A stretch of 64,000 nt of DNA from an uncultured Gammaproteobacteria bacterium (GTDB lineage Bacteria > Patescibacteriota > Microgenomatia > UBA10105 > UBA927): the NCBI GenBank assembly GCA_964445435.1, contig CAYUKU010000003.1, forward strand, positions 841 through 64,840, in the 5' to 3' direction. Positions 1 through 11,148 of this stretch are shown here, one piece after another. Position numbers and translations under genes: made by a program. The notes under the pieces are model-generated. The model worked only from the letters and a program-made list of their open reading frames with translations. It had not been told where the DNA came from and did not search any database. Every line of letters begins with the position of its first letter. The first letter of the stretch is position 1.

Positions 1-1959
1 TGACAGCCGGGGTGAAATCCAGTCGTATGTTTTGAGTTTCCAGCCGCTGCTTTACAATTTCAAGCTCCTTATCGACAATTTTTTCCATAAGCGCAGGCGT
101 GAGCCGGTGAAAGATAATCAGTTGGTCCAGTCGGTTGAGAAACTCGGGTCGAAATGCCCGATTGACCACTTCCAGAACCTTGCGGCGCATATCTTCTTCA
201 CTTTTTCCGCTTGTTTCTGAAATAAGGTCGCTCCCCAGGTTTGAAGTCATGATGATAACGACGTTTTTGAAACTCACGACGCGCCCTCGGCCGTCGGTGA
301 GGCGCCCGTCATCAAGCATCTGAAGAAATACGTTGAATACCTGCGGGTGCGCTTTCTCAATTTCATCAAACAGGACGACACTGTACGGCTTCCTTCGCAC
401 TGCCTCAGTCAGCTGACCTCCTTCTTCGTATCCGACGTATCCCGGCGGAGCACCGATCAACCGTGCGACGTTATGCGCCTCCTGGTATTCACTCATGTCA
501 ATACGGATAAGAGCACGCTCGTCGTTGAACAAATACTCGGCAAGCGCTTTGGCAGTTTCCGTTTTCCCGACGCCGGTCGGCCCAAGAAAAAGAAAGCTTC
601 CGATGGGTTTCGCCTCTTCGGCTATGCCCGCCCTATTTCGGCGGATTGCCGCAGACACCTTCCGGATCGCTTCGTCCTGCCCGATGACACGCTTGTTTAA
701 CTCTGTTTCAAGATGAATAAGCTTATCTGACTCACTGGAGAGGAGTCGTGTCACGGGAATCCCGGTCCAACGGGCTACCACGCGCGCGATATCATCATCA
801 CGTACCTCCTCGCGAAGCAACCGTTCCTCTGAGGGAATCTTACCAATCTCCTTTTCCAGTTGGGCGATTCTTTTCTCCGCTTCGGGAATTTTGCCGTACT
901 TGACCTCAGCTGCCCTCTCCAGAAGTGCATCGCGCTCAGCTCTGTCCAACTCAAGACGGAGTTGATCAAGCACAACCCGCTGTTTTTGAAGCTCGCTTAT
1001 AATATGTTTTTCTTTCTCCCACCGGTCAGACAGCGACTCCTCTTTCTTTTTGAGTGTGGCAATGTCTTTTTCGACATTCTTCATCCTCTCTCCGGCGTCT
1101 TTCTCGCGTTTGAGGGCCGCCTTCTGAATTTCCAACTGCGTTAAGTGGCGCTTGAGTTCGTCAAGTTCCAGAGGCATACTCTCCGTATCAATTTTGAGCG
1201 TCGAAGCGGCCTCATCGACAAGATCAATTGCCTTGTCCGGCAAAAACCGATCCGCGATGTACCGTGAAGAAAGTGTCGCCGCGGCGACAAGGGCATCATC
1301 CGTTATGCGTATACCGTGATGCACTTCGTATTTCTCTTTGATGCCCCGCAAAATTGCAATCGTGTCTTCAACGGACGGTTCGTCCAGATACACAGGCTGG
1401 AATCTGCGCTCAAGTGCAGCGTCTTTCTCGATAAATTGACGATACTCCCGTACCGTTGTGGCGCCAATGGCATGAAGCTCGCCCCGCGCAAGAGCGGGCT
1501 TAAGAATGTTTGCCGCGTCCATGGAGCCTCCCACAGCGCCAGCGCCCACGAGCGTATGGAGCTCATCCATGAAAAGAATATACTTGCCTGCCGCCTTCTC
1601 TACTTCTTTCAGAAGCTTTTTCAGACGGTCTTCAAATTCTCCGCGGAAGGCACTTCCTGCCACCAATGACGCCACGTCGAGAACGAGAATTTCCTTGTCT
1701 TTCAACGTTGAGGGAACATCTCCAGCCACGATACGCGAGGCGAGTCCCTCTGCAATCGCCGTTTTCCCGACGCCGGGGTCCCCAAGAAGCACGGGATTGT
1801 TCTTCGTGCGGCGTGCAAGAATCTGCATCACACGACGAATCTCCTCATTCCGTCCAATGACAGGATCAAGCTTCCCCAAGCGCGCGCGCTCTGTGAGGTT
1901 TACCGTAAATTTTTCAAGCGGATTTCCTTCATCCTGCGATGGTTGATATTGAATATCCA
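1..1959 (-). CDS. clpB: ClpB-type AAA+ disaggregase (NBD1, middle coiled-coil, NBD2); 3' end runs off the window; no N-terminal domain
   Basis: The minus-strand translation reads [44 protein letters not shown]...[14 protein letters not shown] (Walker A), then a long coiled-coil middle domain, then a second Walker [21 protein letters not shown] and the C-terminal ...[11 protein letters not shown]. The frame stays open past position 1. An in-frame stop lies 4 codons upstream of the ATG, so the protein starts immediately before NBD1. Confidence 0.85.
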
Positions 1960-2001
1960 TAAAGATATTCTAATCGCATTAGCACTCATCTGTCAAGAGT
2001 G

Positions 2002-2469
2002 CTAAGTAAGTCCAATTTCCAACGACACATCGATCGGCTCAAACCCCTGACTCTTATAAAACGCGATTGCACGAACGTTCTTCACATACGCATTCACATA
2101 CAGGGTTTGGTATCCCAAATCGGAAGCTCGTCTTTTCAGCTCTGAGATGAGTTTAGCTCCTATCCCCTGGGAGCGATATCTCGAAGAAACACCCATATCG
2201 TTGATTTCAAGAGTTTTCACTGTGCGATATGTGATATTCTTCTTGCTACCAACAATATACCCTACCGGGATGCCGTTATCCACCGCCAGAAAGCATAAAT
2301 ATTCAGGACGTGACGTAACTTCCTTATAATATTTTTCTCCTGCAGGTGTTTGCGCAAATTTTGGGTTGAGAAATGCATCATATGGAAGATTTGAGACTAT
2401 CACCTCATGGTTCAGTTGACGTATAACTTTCCAATCTTCCGGCACAGCGGCTCGAAATTCGATAGCCAT
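2002..2469 (-). CDS. GNAT family N-acetyltransferase
   Basis: 155 aa with an acetyl-CoA binding-like segment (RSQGIGAKLISELKRRASDLGY) and typical GNAT size. Confidence 0.7.
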   Translation of the reverse strand: MAIEFRAAVPEDWKVIRQLNHEVIVSNLPYDAFLNPKFAQTPAGEKYYKEVTSRPEYLCFLAVDNGIPVGYIVGSKKNITYRTVKTLEINDMGVSSRYRSQGIGAKLISELKRRASDLGYQTLYVNAYVKNVRAIAFYKSQGFEPIDVSLEIGLT

Positions 2470-2470
2470 A

Positions 2471-3370
2471 TCACATTGACCGAAGAATCTTTATCCGCTC
2501 CTTAATCGGCGGATGGGTGTTAAACAAGTTCGCAAACCAGGCGCCGAACTCCTTCCCCTTAAACGGGTTGGTGATGTACAAATGCGCTGTTGCGTTCGTC
2601 GCCGCCTCAAGAACTTCTCTATCACCTGAAAGCTTCTCAAGGGCACGCGCCAAACCCTCTGGATATCTTGTCAGGCTGGCACCCGAGGCGTCGGCCAGAT
2701 ACTCCCGCCGCCTTGAGATAGCAAGTTGAATAAGCGAGGCGACAATCGGAGATATGATGGCAAGAACGATACCCACAAGCAGCAGAATTTGTCCCATCCC
2801 GCGGTCATCATCCCGGCTTCTTCGATGGCCGCCCCACCAGAGACTGCGCATGAACATGTCGGCCAGGAATGCAACGGTTCCTGCCAGAACCGCCACCACA
2901 GCCATGAGTCGCGTGTCGTAATTTTTGATATGTGAGAGCTCGTGGGCAATAACGCCCTCAAGTTCCCGCCGCTCCAACCGATCGAGAAGCCCAGTCGTTG
3001 CACATACGACTGCATGAGCAGGGTCGCGGCCCGTCGCAAATGCGTTCATTGCCGTGTCATCAATGACGTACAATCTGGGCTTGGGAACTCCTGCGGCAAT
3101 TGCGAGATTCTCAGAAACGGTGAAAAAGTCAAAATCGCGCTTCCGGTCTGCGGGTCTTGCTCCCGACATCGCAAGCACCATCGAGTCGCCGAAATAATAA
3201 CTGACGAAGCTTGAGATTATGGAAAAGACAACTGCGACAAACATCCAGGAGTTTCCATACCCCAGGGCGTTGCCCATTACATAGGCAGCAAAAACGACAA
3301 ATACCACAAACCCTGCCATGAAGGCATATGATTTTGCGATATTTGCGCGAATCTGTGAGTGGATGCTCAT
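2471..3370 (-). CDS. htpX: HtpX-like M48 zinc metalloprotease
   Basis: HEXXH motif ([13 protein letters not shown]), multiple TM helices, and the usual pairing with an upstream LemA. Confidence 0.8.
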   Translation of the reverse strand: MSIHSQIRANIAKSYAFMAGFVVFVVFAAYVMGNALGYGNSWMFVAVVFSIISSFVSYYFGDSMVLAMSGARPADRKRDFDFFTVSENLAIAAGVPKPRLYVIDDTAMNAFATGRDPAHAVVCATTGLLDRLERRELEGVIAHELSHIKNYDTRLMAVVAVLAGTVAFLADMFMRSLWWGGHRRSRDDDRGMGQILLLVGIVLAIISPIVASLIQLAISRRREYLADASGASLTRYPEGLARALEKLSGDREVLEAATNATAHLYITNPFKGKEFGAWFANLFNTHPPIKERIKILRSM

Positions 3371-3924
3371 GAGCTGAAGCTCACCTTGACCCCTTTGCGC
3401 TCGGATTCCTCGGCACGGAAGAATTCCTTTTCCTTAAATCCCATCATGCCCGCCAGAAGCACGTTCGGAAATGTTTTTACCTTCAGGTTATACTCCATAA
3501 GCTGCGTGTTATAAAACTGCCGCGCGTAGGCCACCTTATCTTCGGTGTCTGAAAGTTCCTTTTGAAGATGCGTGAAATTCTCATTTGCTTTCAGCTGCGG
3601 ATAATTCTCAGCAACAGCAAACAAACTTTTCAGGGCTCCCGTGAGCATATCATTGGCTTTTGCCATGCTCTGCGGGTTGTCCGCCTTCATAAGGGCGCTT
3701 CGCGCTTTCGTCACCTCTGAAAAAACCGTCTTCTCATGCTTGGCATAGCCTTTTACGGTTTCGACGAGATTCGGAATAAGGTCAGCTCTGCGCTTGAGCT
3801 GGACATCAATCTGGCCCCACGCTTCATCAATCTGGGTCGACTCAGTTACAAGCCCGTTGTAGAGGCCCCATACGTAAAGAACAAGAAGGCCGAGAATACC
3901 AATAACGATCCATGTTGGCGTCAT
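3367..3924 (-). CDS. lemA: LemA family protein
   Basis: 185 aa with an N-terminal TM segment and a LemA-like body ([35 protein letters not shown]...[10 protein letters not shown]). Its end overlaps the htpX start by 4 nt. Confidence 0.75.
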   Translation of the reverse strand: MTPTWIVIGILGLLVLYVWGLYNGLVTESTQIDEAWGQIDVQLKRRADLIPNLVETVKGYAKHEKTVFSEVTKARSALMKADNPQSMAKANDMLTGALKSLFAVAENYPQLKANENFTHLQKELSDTEDKVAYARQFYNTQLMEYNLKVKTFPNVLLAGMMGFKEKEFFRAEESERKGVKVSFSS

Positions 3925-3934
3925 ATGATCCTCC

Positions 3935-5716
3935 TTACTTAACTAACCAACGTCTAAACACATTATACTCCATAGTGTTTACTACGTCATGTTTGGTCGC
4001 CCATCCGCGGCGCGCAACCGATACGCCATAGCGCATCAGGTCCATATGTTCAACCGCGTGCGCGTCAGTATCGATCGTGAACCGGAGTCCGCGTCTCACT
4101 GCATCATACACAAGCGTGTCTGGCAGGTCGAGCCGATCAGGATAAGCATTTATCTCAAGGGCGATATCGTGCTTCTTGGCCACCGCAAAAATTTCCGGCC
4201 AATTGGCGTCCACCCCTTCGCGGCTCCCCAGAAGTCTTCCCGTGGGATGTCCGAAAATACGTACCTTCGGGTGGTAACCAAGCGCTTTGGCGATCCGCTC
4301 TGTGACGGTTTTCCTTTCCTGGGTGAAACTCGAATGAATCGACACAACAACAGCGTCGACAAACTCAAATGCACTATCTGGAAGAGCCAGTTGACCGGTG
4401 GGCATGATATCCACCTCACACATCACAAACACGTGAACCGGTTTTTTGTGCTTGGCATTCCATGTGTCTTCCTCTTTCCGGTAAAACTCCAAACGTTTCT
4501 TCATAATACCGGTAATATCCGCTTCCGAATGATTAGACAACCGCGGATTATGGTCGCTGATGCCGATGTACTCATACCCCAGGCTTGCGGCTTTATCCAT
4601 ATGCGCCGAAAGCGGATTGGCGCCAAGATCATGGGATGATTTGAGATCATACGACGTATGCATATGAAGGTCGCCCTTGATATCCGAAAGTTCGAGAAGT
4701 TTAGGAAGTTTGCCTCTCTTGGCTGCTTCTATTTCCCCTTTGTCTTCCCGAATTTCGGGTGGAATGTACGGGAGGCCTACAATCTTATAGAATTCTTCCT
4801 CTGACGCCACTTCTCGCACTTTACCCGTTTTCGTATTTTTTATTCCGTGTTCATTGAGGGAAAGTCCTTTGGTGAGGGCCAGTTCACGCAGCTTGATGTT
4901 ATGATTCTTGCTTCCCGTAAAATATTGAAGCATCGCGCCGAAAGCCTGCGGCTTTTGCACCCGCATATCGACCTGCCGCCCGCTATGAAGCAGTAACGTC
5001 GCCCCGCTCGGGCCTTTCTCAACAAGTTTCTGATGAGGATACGTGAGGAAATGGTCTATTGCTTCCTTGGGTTTCGTAGTCGCAACCGCAATATCAACGT
5101 CACCTATTGTGGATACCTGACGTCTGAGACTTCCTAACACGTCAATGCGCGAGACTCCGGAAACCCGCTTCATGTGCGCGATAACTTCTTGCGCTATCGC
5201 ATCCGCGATGGGAAGCGGCATGCGAACTTCTTTTATTTGTCCTGCCCTGTATACGGCAATGGCTCCCAAAATATCCTCTTCGGATTTCTCCCCGAAACTT
5301 TCAATTTCAGCAATTTTATGCGCCTTTGCCATTTTTTCCAGGTCAGAAACGACAGTTTTGGGGTCTTTGAGCTTCAGGTGGGTGACGAGTTTGTAGGCTT
5401 TTTTGGGCCCGATCCCCGGGACAAGAAGAAGCGGGAACATGGACGCAGGAACTTTTTTCATGACGTCCTTGAAATGGCCTACCGTTCCCTTTCGGAACAA
5501 CTCATCGAGGTAATGAGCGATGCCTTGACCGACCCCGGGAATTTCGTTGAGCTTTCCGTCATCCCAGAGATCCTTCACGTCGCTCGTCAGATGTTCGATA
5601 CTATCGGCAGCGCGATCGTACGCGATTATCTTAAACCGATTCTCGCCTAACACCTGGTAAGCAGCGGAGACTTGCCGAAGGAGGGCAGCAAGCTCGAGAT
5701 TCGTCGCGGCTCTCAT
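3935..5716 (-). CDS. polX: Family X DNA polymerase (Pol beta-like core plus C-terminal PHP phosphoesterase domain)
   Basis: 593 aa. The N-terminal part has helix-hairpin-helix and Pol beta-like motifs ([23 protein letters not shown]). The C-terminal part has PHP-type histidine motifs (DLHMHTSYD..., ISDHNP). Confidence 0.8.
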   Translation of the reverse strand: MRAATNLELAALLRQVSAAYQVLGENRFKIIAYDRAADSIEHLTSDVKDLWDDGKLNEIPGVGQGIAHYLDELFRKGTVGHFKDVMKKVPASMFPLLLVPGIGPKKAYKLVTHLKLKDPKTVVSDLEKMAKAHKIAEIESFGEKSEEDILGAIAVYRAGQIKEVRMPLPIADAIAQEVIAHMKRVSGVSRIDVLGSLRRQVSTIGDVDIAVATTKPKEAIDHFLTYPHQKLVEKGPSGATLLLHSGRQVDMRVQKPQAFGAMLQYFTGSKNHNIKLRELALTKGLSLNEHGIKNTKTGKVREVASEEEFYKIVGLPYIPPEIREDKGEIEAAKRGKLPKLLELSDIKGDLHMHTSYDLKSSHDLGANPLSAHMDKAASLGYEYIGISDHNPRLSNHSEADITGIMKKRLEFYRKEEDTWNAKHKKPVHVFVMCEVDIMPTGQLALPDSAFEFVDAVVVSIHSSFTQERKTVTERIAKALGYHPKVRIFGHPTGRLLGSREGVDANWPEIFAVAKKHDIALEINAYPDRLDLPDTLVYDAVRRGLRFTIDTDAHAVEHMDLMRYGVSVARRGWATKHDVVNTMEYNVFRRWLVK

Positions 5717-5743
5717 ACGGTCTATCGTATCAAAACGCGCGCA

Positions 5744-8700
5744 TTATGTCGAAGATTTCCCGTTCTTCCTTGCTTTTTTATCGTTCATTTTCTCGGCTGA
5801 CCTCCGTATCATCTCCATCAGATCGGAGGGTTGCACACCTAAAATATCATTTACGTATCCTTTAAATGATGCCCTGCTTCTGCCGTCTCCACGCGAAAGA
5901 AAGGGCAGATCCACATAGATCCGGGGCAGGACATAATCTCCCCCTTGCCTCTGAACCGTGAGAATTGTGTCCATCGTTAACTCCTCCGGGTCCACACCTG
6001 CTTCGACAAGGGACTCGGCAATCCGATTTGCCACAATTCTCGGCTGTGCATTCTCAATGTACATCCGATACGAACGATCATAGGATGGATCTATTTTTCG
6101 TGCTGCCGCCGATAAAACCAAAGTGGGCGAAGTTCCGGACGCTCTGCACGCGGTTTCAAACGCGCTTTGAGGGATGCCAAAAACGATATCAAAACGCGGT
6201 TGAAGAATCGTTGGCACTGCGCCTGCCTCGTGAATCCGGTGAAGTTTCAGACGACTGACTGCAAGTTCAACAAGGCGTACCTCAGTTGCCCCTGCATACC
6301 CGTTCGTTTTGTAACGTGAACGAATTTGGGCGTAGATGTCATACGTCATCGTGCGTCCCCTCTGACTCGGCGAAAGAAGTGTCGTACCAAATCGAATCGC
6401 GGACGCCACTCTTTGGATTTTTTGCACGAATTCATCGATTTGGATCAATTCTTCTCTATTCCGGACATATACCACATCAGATTCTATCCCGGCGCCTCCG
6501 TGTACATACTCCACCATTTCTGCATTAAGAGCCGTTACCATGGCGCTAATTCGTTTCTCAATCCCCTGACGCACAAACCCAAGAAGCTCACTCCCCCGCG
6601 TTGAAAGTTCGAGGTTCGGAGGTTTGAGATAGGTAAGCTGTTGGGGAGTTTTCTTAAGAACGTGGATCACCCGGATAAGATCGAGAAAATACGCAAGCGT
6701 GATTCGCTCTTCGCCGTCGTTATCCTCAAGAAAAGTATTGGCAAGTGACGTAACGGTGTATTCCATACTTTTTATCGCAAAATCCTCCAAAAACCGCGCC
6801 GCTAGCATACGCTGGAGCTCTTCCCGCGACAGGGATTCTTCATTCCCCGATTCGGATTCGGATATAACATTCTCAATATAGGCCTGCAATGATCTGGGAA
6901 CGAGTACAGTATCAAGCGGCTTCCTTTTTCCGATGGCCACCTCCTCGTTATACATAAGCCGCGCAAGTTCCTGAATCTGCTGGGCTTCCAGACGGAAATA
7001 CGGCAAAAGCCACCACCGAAAACCGGCGATTTGCTCAAAGGATTTTTTGTTCGGCTCAAGCTTAATTTTCCCGTCCCGACGGGCGAACTCTGCTGCGAGA
7101 ATCGGCTCTCCTCCCGAAGCCAGATATTCCCGATACTTGGGAATCACGAGTGCTGCGATTTGACTGAGCTCTTTGATGTTCACGAGCCTCCGGTTTCGTT
7201 TTTCCCTAACCGCGGTGATTATGAAATGATACGGCGTTCTGTATGACCGCTCCGATCCCTTCGTAGGTCCGAAAGAGAAGGTAATATTTTGATAATCGGC
7301 AACATGGCGTTCGTATTGTTTGCGGGATCGGAATGCTACCCTTGCGTCGCCCATCGACACTCCCATAATCTGAAGAGCAGACTTATATCCCTTGACATCA
7401 GCGTCCTCAAACGGCCAAATCTCAATCACCAGGCACGGATTGCCGTTTTCATTCCGACGCATCACCCGTCCCATATCCTGAAACGGCCGGTATTCAGAAC
7501 GTTTCCACGGTTTGAGAATAATCACTTCAAACGTCGGAATATCCAGCCCCTCGCCGATCATGTCAACGCCGATGATCGTTGTCGTCTTGCCTTCCAGGGC
7601 GCGCTGGACGATATCTTCGTTTTTTCGACTCGATTGCTCCGAGTGCATAAACTCAACCTGGTCTGCTATAGCCTTCCCGTACTCTCGCTCCAGAATAAGC
7701 TTAATTTGCTCCAGAAGAACCCGGCCTTCCTCTATGGAATCAGCCTCGATGAACGTGGGCCGGATGGTAACCGTTTCTCCATCAACAAAAACGGATTCCT
7801 CCAGGAAATTTTCGATTTTTGCACGGATCGAGAGTTCAAGCTCAACTTCAAGCGCGTTTGGCTTGTCTTCCTTCTTCGATTTGCCCACCTCTGCCAGTTT
7901 CTCTCTGAGTTTCAGTACAGTTCTTTTCACCGCGATGGGTGGCGTCACACCTGTCTCAATGGTGTACGCGAGCGGAACTGAAAGAATTTCCTTAAATCCC
8001 AAGTCCGTAAGCGTATGGCCGAGCCCCGGCGTTGCGGTGAAGGCAATCTGCGTCGCTTTGGCAAGGGCCGTGTGACGGGAAAGAATACTTCTGTCCCAAA
8101 GGAGATTGTGTCCCTCGTCCCAAATCACAAGGGGAATTTCTCGCTTCGACTCTTTAAGCATGCGAAACAGCCGACGCGCAGACTGAAACGTCGTCATGAT
8201 AACCCGTCCGCTTACGTTCTTCTCCTGTCCGTCAAACCGTGAAATCTCTCCCTCGTCAAACACCCTACCAAACGCACGCAACGTCTGGTTCATGAGTATC
8301 GTTCGTGAGGTGATGAAAAGAACATTTTGTGCCCCCAGGTCAAGTGCTTCCTTCATAAGACGCGCCTCAACGTCCGTTTTCCCTGACCCTGTGGGAGAAG
8401 CCACCCATCCGCGGAATGCCTCGCTCTTGCTCTTCCCGTTATGCGCATATAACTCCATCCCGACCGCAGTCTGAATGGCAGGTTGATGGCTCCAACGATA
8501 TTGGCCGGCATCAATTCTGTCCATATACTCTTTGCCGTACGTTAGAAACAACTTCTTCCCCAACCTCCCTACGAACGTTTCCGGTTCGTGATTCTGGATT
8601 CGCTCGAACGTTTCGTGGATGCGATGCGGGTCCATGAGGTAATCCGGAGCCTGCAGATTGAATGCGACGGAACCATCAGGCCTTCTATCCACAATTGGCT

Positions 8701-9121
8701 TGACATCAGAAGCTGCCGCGCCCGTGAATGATCCGTCAGTCCTAAGAGAGGTTATACCGACAAGCTCTCGGATGTTTTTCCCCTCATCAAATCCGGACAA
8801 CCATTCAAACAGCGACGAGAGGGGAATATCTTGACCCGTTTTAGGATCCTTATATCCCTGAACGTAATTGACTCTGCCGACGCGATATATTTCCACAGGA
8901 AACACGCCATACCGCTCTCCTTCAATAAATGCTGTCGGAGTAGTCTGCATGCCCTGCGCCCCCTCATCCAGAGGAACGGCAATATCTATATGCGCCGTCA
9001 GCGGATCAAGAGAATTTAACTGGGAAAGCGTGAGGTTGCCAAAAGAGTAACGGGTGTGCCACACCGTTTCCGGCTGGTCCACCACCATGACCTCTTCTTC
9101 GAGCTCCGTTGAAGCGACCAT
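5744..9121 (-). CDS. Large SF2 (DEAD/DEAH, ResIII-like) helicase with N- and C-terminal extensions of unknown function
   Basis: 1125 aa. Visible helicase motifs are Walker A (ASPTGSGKT), motif II (VIWDEGHN), a TAT-like motif (FTATPG) and motif VI (QDMGRVMRR). About 230 aa at the N-terminus and about 470 aa at the C-terminus have no recognisable motifs. The gene ends 27 bp upstream of polX on the same strand. Confidence 0.75.
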   Translation of the reverse strand: MVASTELEEEVMVVDQPETVWHTRYSFGNLTLSQLNSLDPLTAHIDIAVPLDEGAQGMQTTPTAFIEGERYGVFPVEIYRVGRVNYVQGYKDPKTGQDIPLSSLFEWLSGFDEGKNIRELVGITSLRTDGSFTGAAASDVKPIVDRRPDGSVAFNLQAPDYLMDPHRIHETFERIQNHEPETFVGRLGKKLFLTYGKEYMDRIDAGQYRWSHQPAIQTAVGMELYAHNGKSKSEAFRGWVASPTGSGKTDVEARLMKEALDLGAQNVLFITSRTILMNQTLRAFGRVFDEGEISRFDGQEKNVSGRVIMTTFQSARRLFRMLKESKREIPLVIWDEGHNLLWDRSILSRHTALAKATQIAFTATPGLGHTLTDLGFKEILSVPLAYTIETGVTPPIAVKRTVLKLREKLAEVGKSKKEDKPNALEVELELSIRAKIENFLEESVFVDGETVTIRPTFIEADSIEEGRVLLEQIKLILEREYGKAIADQVEFMHSEQSSRKNEDIVQRALEGKTTTIIGVDMIGEGLDIPTFEVIILKPWKRSEYRPFQDMGRVMRRNENGNPCLVIEIWPFEDADVKGYKSALQIMGVSMGDARVAFRSRKQYERHVADYQNITFSFGPTKGSERSYRTPYHFIITAVREKRNRRLVNIKELSQIAALVIPKYREYLASGGEPILAAEFARRDGKIKLEPNKKSFEQIAGFRWWLLPYFRLEAQQIQELARLMYNEEVAIGKRKPLDTVLVPRSLQAYIENVISESESGNEESLSREELQRMLAARFLEDFAIKSMEYTVTSLANTFLEDNDGEERITLAYFLDLIRVIHVLKKTPQQLTYLKPPNLELSTRGSELLGFVRQGIEKRISAMVTALNAEMVEYVHGGAGIESDVVYVRNREELIQIDEFVQKIQRVASAIRFGTTLLSPSQRGRTMTYDIYAQIRSRYKTNGYAGATEVRLVELAVSRLKLHRIHEAGAVPTILQPRFDIVFGIPQSAFETACRASGTSPTLVLSAAARKIDPSYDRSYRMYIENAQPRIVANRIAESLVEAGVDPEELTMDTILTVQRQGGDYVLPRIYVDLPFLSRGDGRSRASFKGYVNDILGVQPSDLMEMIRRSAEKMNDKKARKNGKSST

Positions 9122-9556
9122 AATAAACCTATAGTATACATCGGCGAAACCTCTGAATCAACCGTTCGGGGCATCAGAAAACGAAAGTTTTCATTTCCTT
9201 GTAACAAGTTCTGCCTGCTTCGCGCTTCAGGAAGCTATTTCTCTCACAAGGTCATACGGAATCGGCTTAGCCAGATCAAAGCTGATTGTCTCTTTTCCCC
9301 GCACGAAAGGGGCGATTTTTCTTCGAAACGTAGCGGGACCCTTGGGAGTAGGATAAAGGGAAACATGATGGGCAAAGCCGGCAAAATAGAGAACGTTTCT
9401 GTGAGTACGGAACGCGGGAATGTTGTAGCTGATACGCTGCGTAGCGATAGAATGACGCTATATATCGTTATGCACAGGTTTCCCCGACATCGTCAGCATC
9501 CCTAGGAAAGCTCGCAATAGACTCTTTCACAGAATGATCCGTCAGTAAATACGAAG

Positions 9557-10030
9557 TCATGATTCTCCTATGCGATGAATCCAACTGAAAACTTTTTTTA
9601 ACAAACCAACTTGTCCACTTTCGGGAGATGTATGCGTGAAGAAAAAAAACTGTGGGGATGACCTGTCTAACTGTTCAGGCACTGAAGCTTCGAATTGTAT
9701 CAGCGCGTTCCTTGCTTGGCTTTCTCTGTGTTGTTCTCCCGCTTTTATGGCAGAGGCTCCGACTATCTTCATGAGAACTGTGCGGGTGGCGTCCCGCAAT
9801 TGCTGCTGAAGCACTTCCCGCTGCTTTGCCACCGCCATCTCATCGGCGTTATGTAGATCAACAAGTTGAAGCGTAGCATTTATTTCCTCTTCGGTCGCTC
9901 CAAATTCTAATCTAACACGCTTAAATTCGGCTTTTTGTTCGGCAGATATTCTGTGCGACCGTAGTTGGGTCGCAAGAGGGATGTCCGACGATAGTGTAGG
10001 AAATCCGGGTTCTATTATTTCAACATGCAT
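9557..10030 (-). CDS. Hypothetical protein
   Basis: 157-aa ORF with protein-like composition and no recognised motif. Confidence 0.4.
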   Translation of the reverse strand: MHVEIIEPGFPTLSSDIPLATQLRSHRISAEQKAEFKRVRLEFGATEEEINATLQLVDLHNADEMAVAKQREVLQQQLRDATRTVLMKIVGASAIKAGEQHRESQARNALIQFEASVPEQLDRSSPQFFFFTHTSPESGQVGLLKKVFSWIHRIGES

Positions 10031-10156
10031 AATCTGTGGATAAAATGCGCTTATAAATAAATTTATTCAGCACCTGCAACTACGATCTTGGGTAGACATA
10101 CACACCCATTGCACCCTTGGGACCGCTCTGCGCCACCCCCACAAGTCGGAATTGGG

Positions 10157-10227
10157 AGCGGGATAAGGGAATCGAACCCTCTTCTCATCCTTGGGAAGGA
10201 TGCATACTACCGGTGTACTAATCCCGC
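10157..10227 (-). tRNA. tRNA-Gly (anticodon CCC)
   Basis: Minus-strand cloverleaf folded by hand: 7-bp acceptor GCGGGAT/ATCCCGC, D-arm, anticodon stem CATCC/GGATG with loop TTCCCAA (U33, CCC, A37), T-arm GAGGG-TTCGATT-CCCTT. CCA is not encoded. Confidence 0.8.
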
Positions 10228-10280
10228 CTATTCACGGAACAGAAACTACGTTTCTTTCCCGACGATTCTTCCTACCAGAG

Positions 10281-10321
10281 TGTTGCGACGGGTTCACACC
10301 CGAACGCACACCGTCGCAACA
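10281..10321. repeat. Inverted-repeat hairpin (11-bp stem, 19-nt loop) about 55 bp upstream of tRNA-Gly; one of a related family
   Basis: tgttgcgacgg-gttcacacccgaacgcaca-ccgtcgcaaca. The flank (ttcttCCTACCAgagTGTTGCGACGG) resembles the one upstream of tRNA-Asp. Confidence 0.6.
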
Positions 10322-10390
10322 GATTGATAACTCTTCGACTTCCTTTCTTTATAAGCCTTATTAATATATTTTACACGGTTCGGTACCAAA

Positions 10391-10425
10391 AGCGCCAGTG
10401 AAAGCTTCCACCGGCGCGTTTTTTG
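10391..10425. terminator. Bidirectional rho-independent terminator downstream of the LysM gene
   Basis: GC stem gcgcc...ggcgc followed by TTTTTT on the plus strand; the minus strand reads AAAAAA-stem-TTTT. It lies 20 nt past the LysM stop. Confidence 0.5.
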
Positions 10426-10444
10426 TACATTGCAATAAACAAAA

Positions 10445-10978
10445 CTACGGCAACTCCAAAATGTTGCCTGCATGAATAAGATCCGGGTTAGCTAACGTAT
10501 TGAGTCTCGCTATTTCGCTCCATCGATACCCGTTGTCGTACTGTGCCACGGCGATTTTCCAGAGACTATCTCCTGCCTTCACCGTATATTGTCGCTTCTC
10601 TGTCGTTGCCGACGAGACGACTCCTGTGGGTAGCGCAATTGGTTTCACATCGGGAATGGTTAACACGGCCCCTGCCATAATCCGGTCAGGATTGGAGAGG
10701 TTGTTTGCCCTCGCGATATCGACCCAATTGTACCCGCTTTTGAAGTATGTCTGTGCGATCGCCCAGAGCGTTTCGCCCTGTTTTACGGTGTGTTTAGTCG
10801 GAAGCGCCGTTTGCACGATTTGGTCTTTCTGCTGCTCTGCTGTCTGTCCCGCTGGAGCTGTCTTTGCTTTGAAGTAATTGAACGTAATCATGCCAATTAC
10901 TAAAACTACGGCAAATCCAAGCGCGAGCGATACATAGGAATCCGGCGTGCTAAGGCTCTTTTTCAAAGCTTTAAGCAT
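10445..10978 (-). CDS. LysM-domain peptidoglycan-binding protein, membrane anchored with two LysM repeats
   Basis: N-terminal TM helix followed by two LysM repeats (VKQGETLWAIAQTYFKSGYNWVDIARANNLSNPDRIMAGAVLTIP and YTVKAGDSLWKIAVAQYDNGYRWSEIARLNTLANPDLIHAGNILELP). Confidence 0.8.
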   Translation of the reverse strand: MLKALKKSLSTPDSYVSLALGFAVVLVIGMITFNYFKAKTAPAGQTAEQQKDQIVQTALPTKHTVKQGETLWAIAQTYFKSGYNWVDIARANNLSNPDRIMAGAVLTIPDVKPIALPTGVVSSATTEKRQYTVKAGDSLWKIAVAQYDNGYRWSEIARLNTLANPDLIHAGNILELP

Positions 10979-11024
10979 TTCGTTTCCTCCTTTCCAGGCA
11001 GTTTTGGAATATATTGGCGGGACC

Positions 11025-11102
11025 GGGGGGACTCGAACCCCTGACCTCCTCCTTGACAGGGAGGCGCTCTAACCAGGCTGAGCTACGATCCCATTATGGA
11101 GA
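11025..11102 (-). tRNA. tRNA-Asp (anticodon GTC), CCA encoded
   Basis: The minus strand reads GGGATCGTAGCTCAGCCTGGTTAGAGCGCCTCCCTGTCAAGGAGGAGGTCAGGGGTTCGAGTCCCCCCGGTCCCGCCA. The anticodon loop is CTGTCAA and the discriminator is G. Confidence 0.85.
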
Positions 11103-11148
11103 GACAACTAGACTCCCTCCAACTCTCTTTCCTACCAACGTGTCGCAG

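Noticed and set aside
495-1946. Several plus-strand ORFs (for example 495..716, 1316..1669, 1506..1946) over the first 2 kb
   Set aside because: The minus strand encodes a continuous ClpB with both Walker motifs. The plus-strand ORFs are its antisense shadows.
5965-8637. Multiple plus-strand ORFs of 70-230 aa inside the helicase gene
   Set aside because: All lie antisense to the continuous 1125-aa helicase ORF, whose motifs are intact.
9122-9556. 435-nt gap upstream of the helicase, considered as a possible ncRNA or small gene
   Set aside because: It contains only a short GC hairpin plus T-run (about 9293-9325) and a 45-codon ORF with no RBS. I could not recognise any structured-RNA signature. 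It is most likely a promoter and terminator region.
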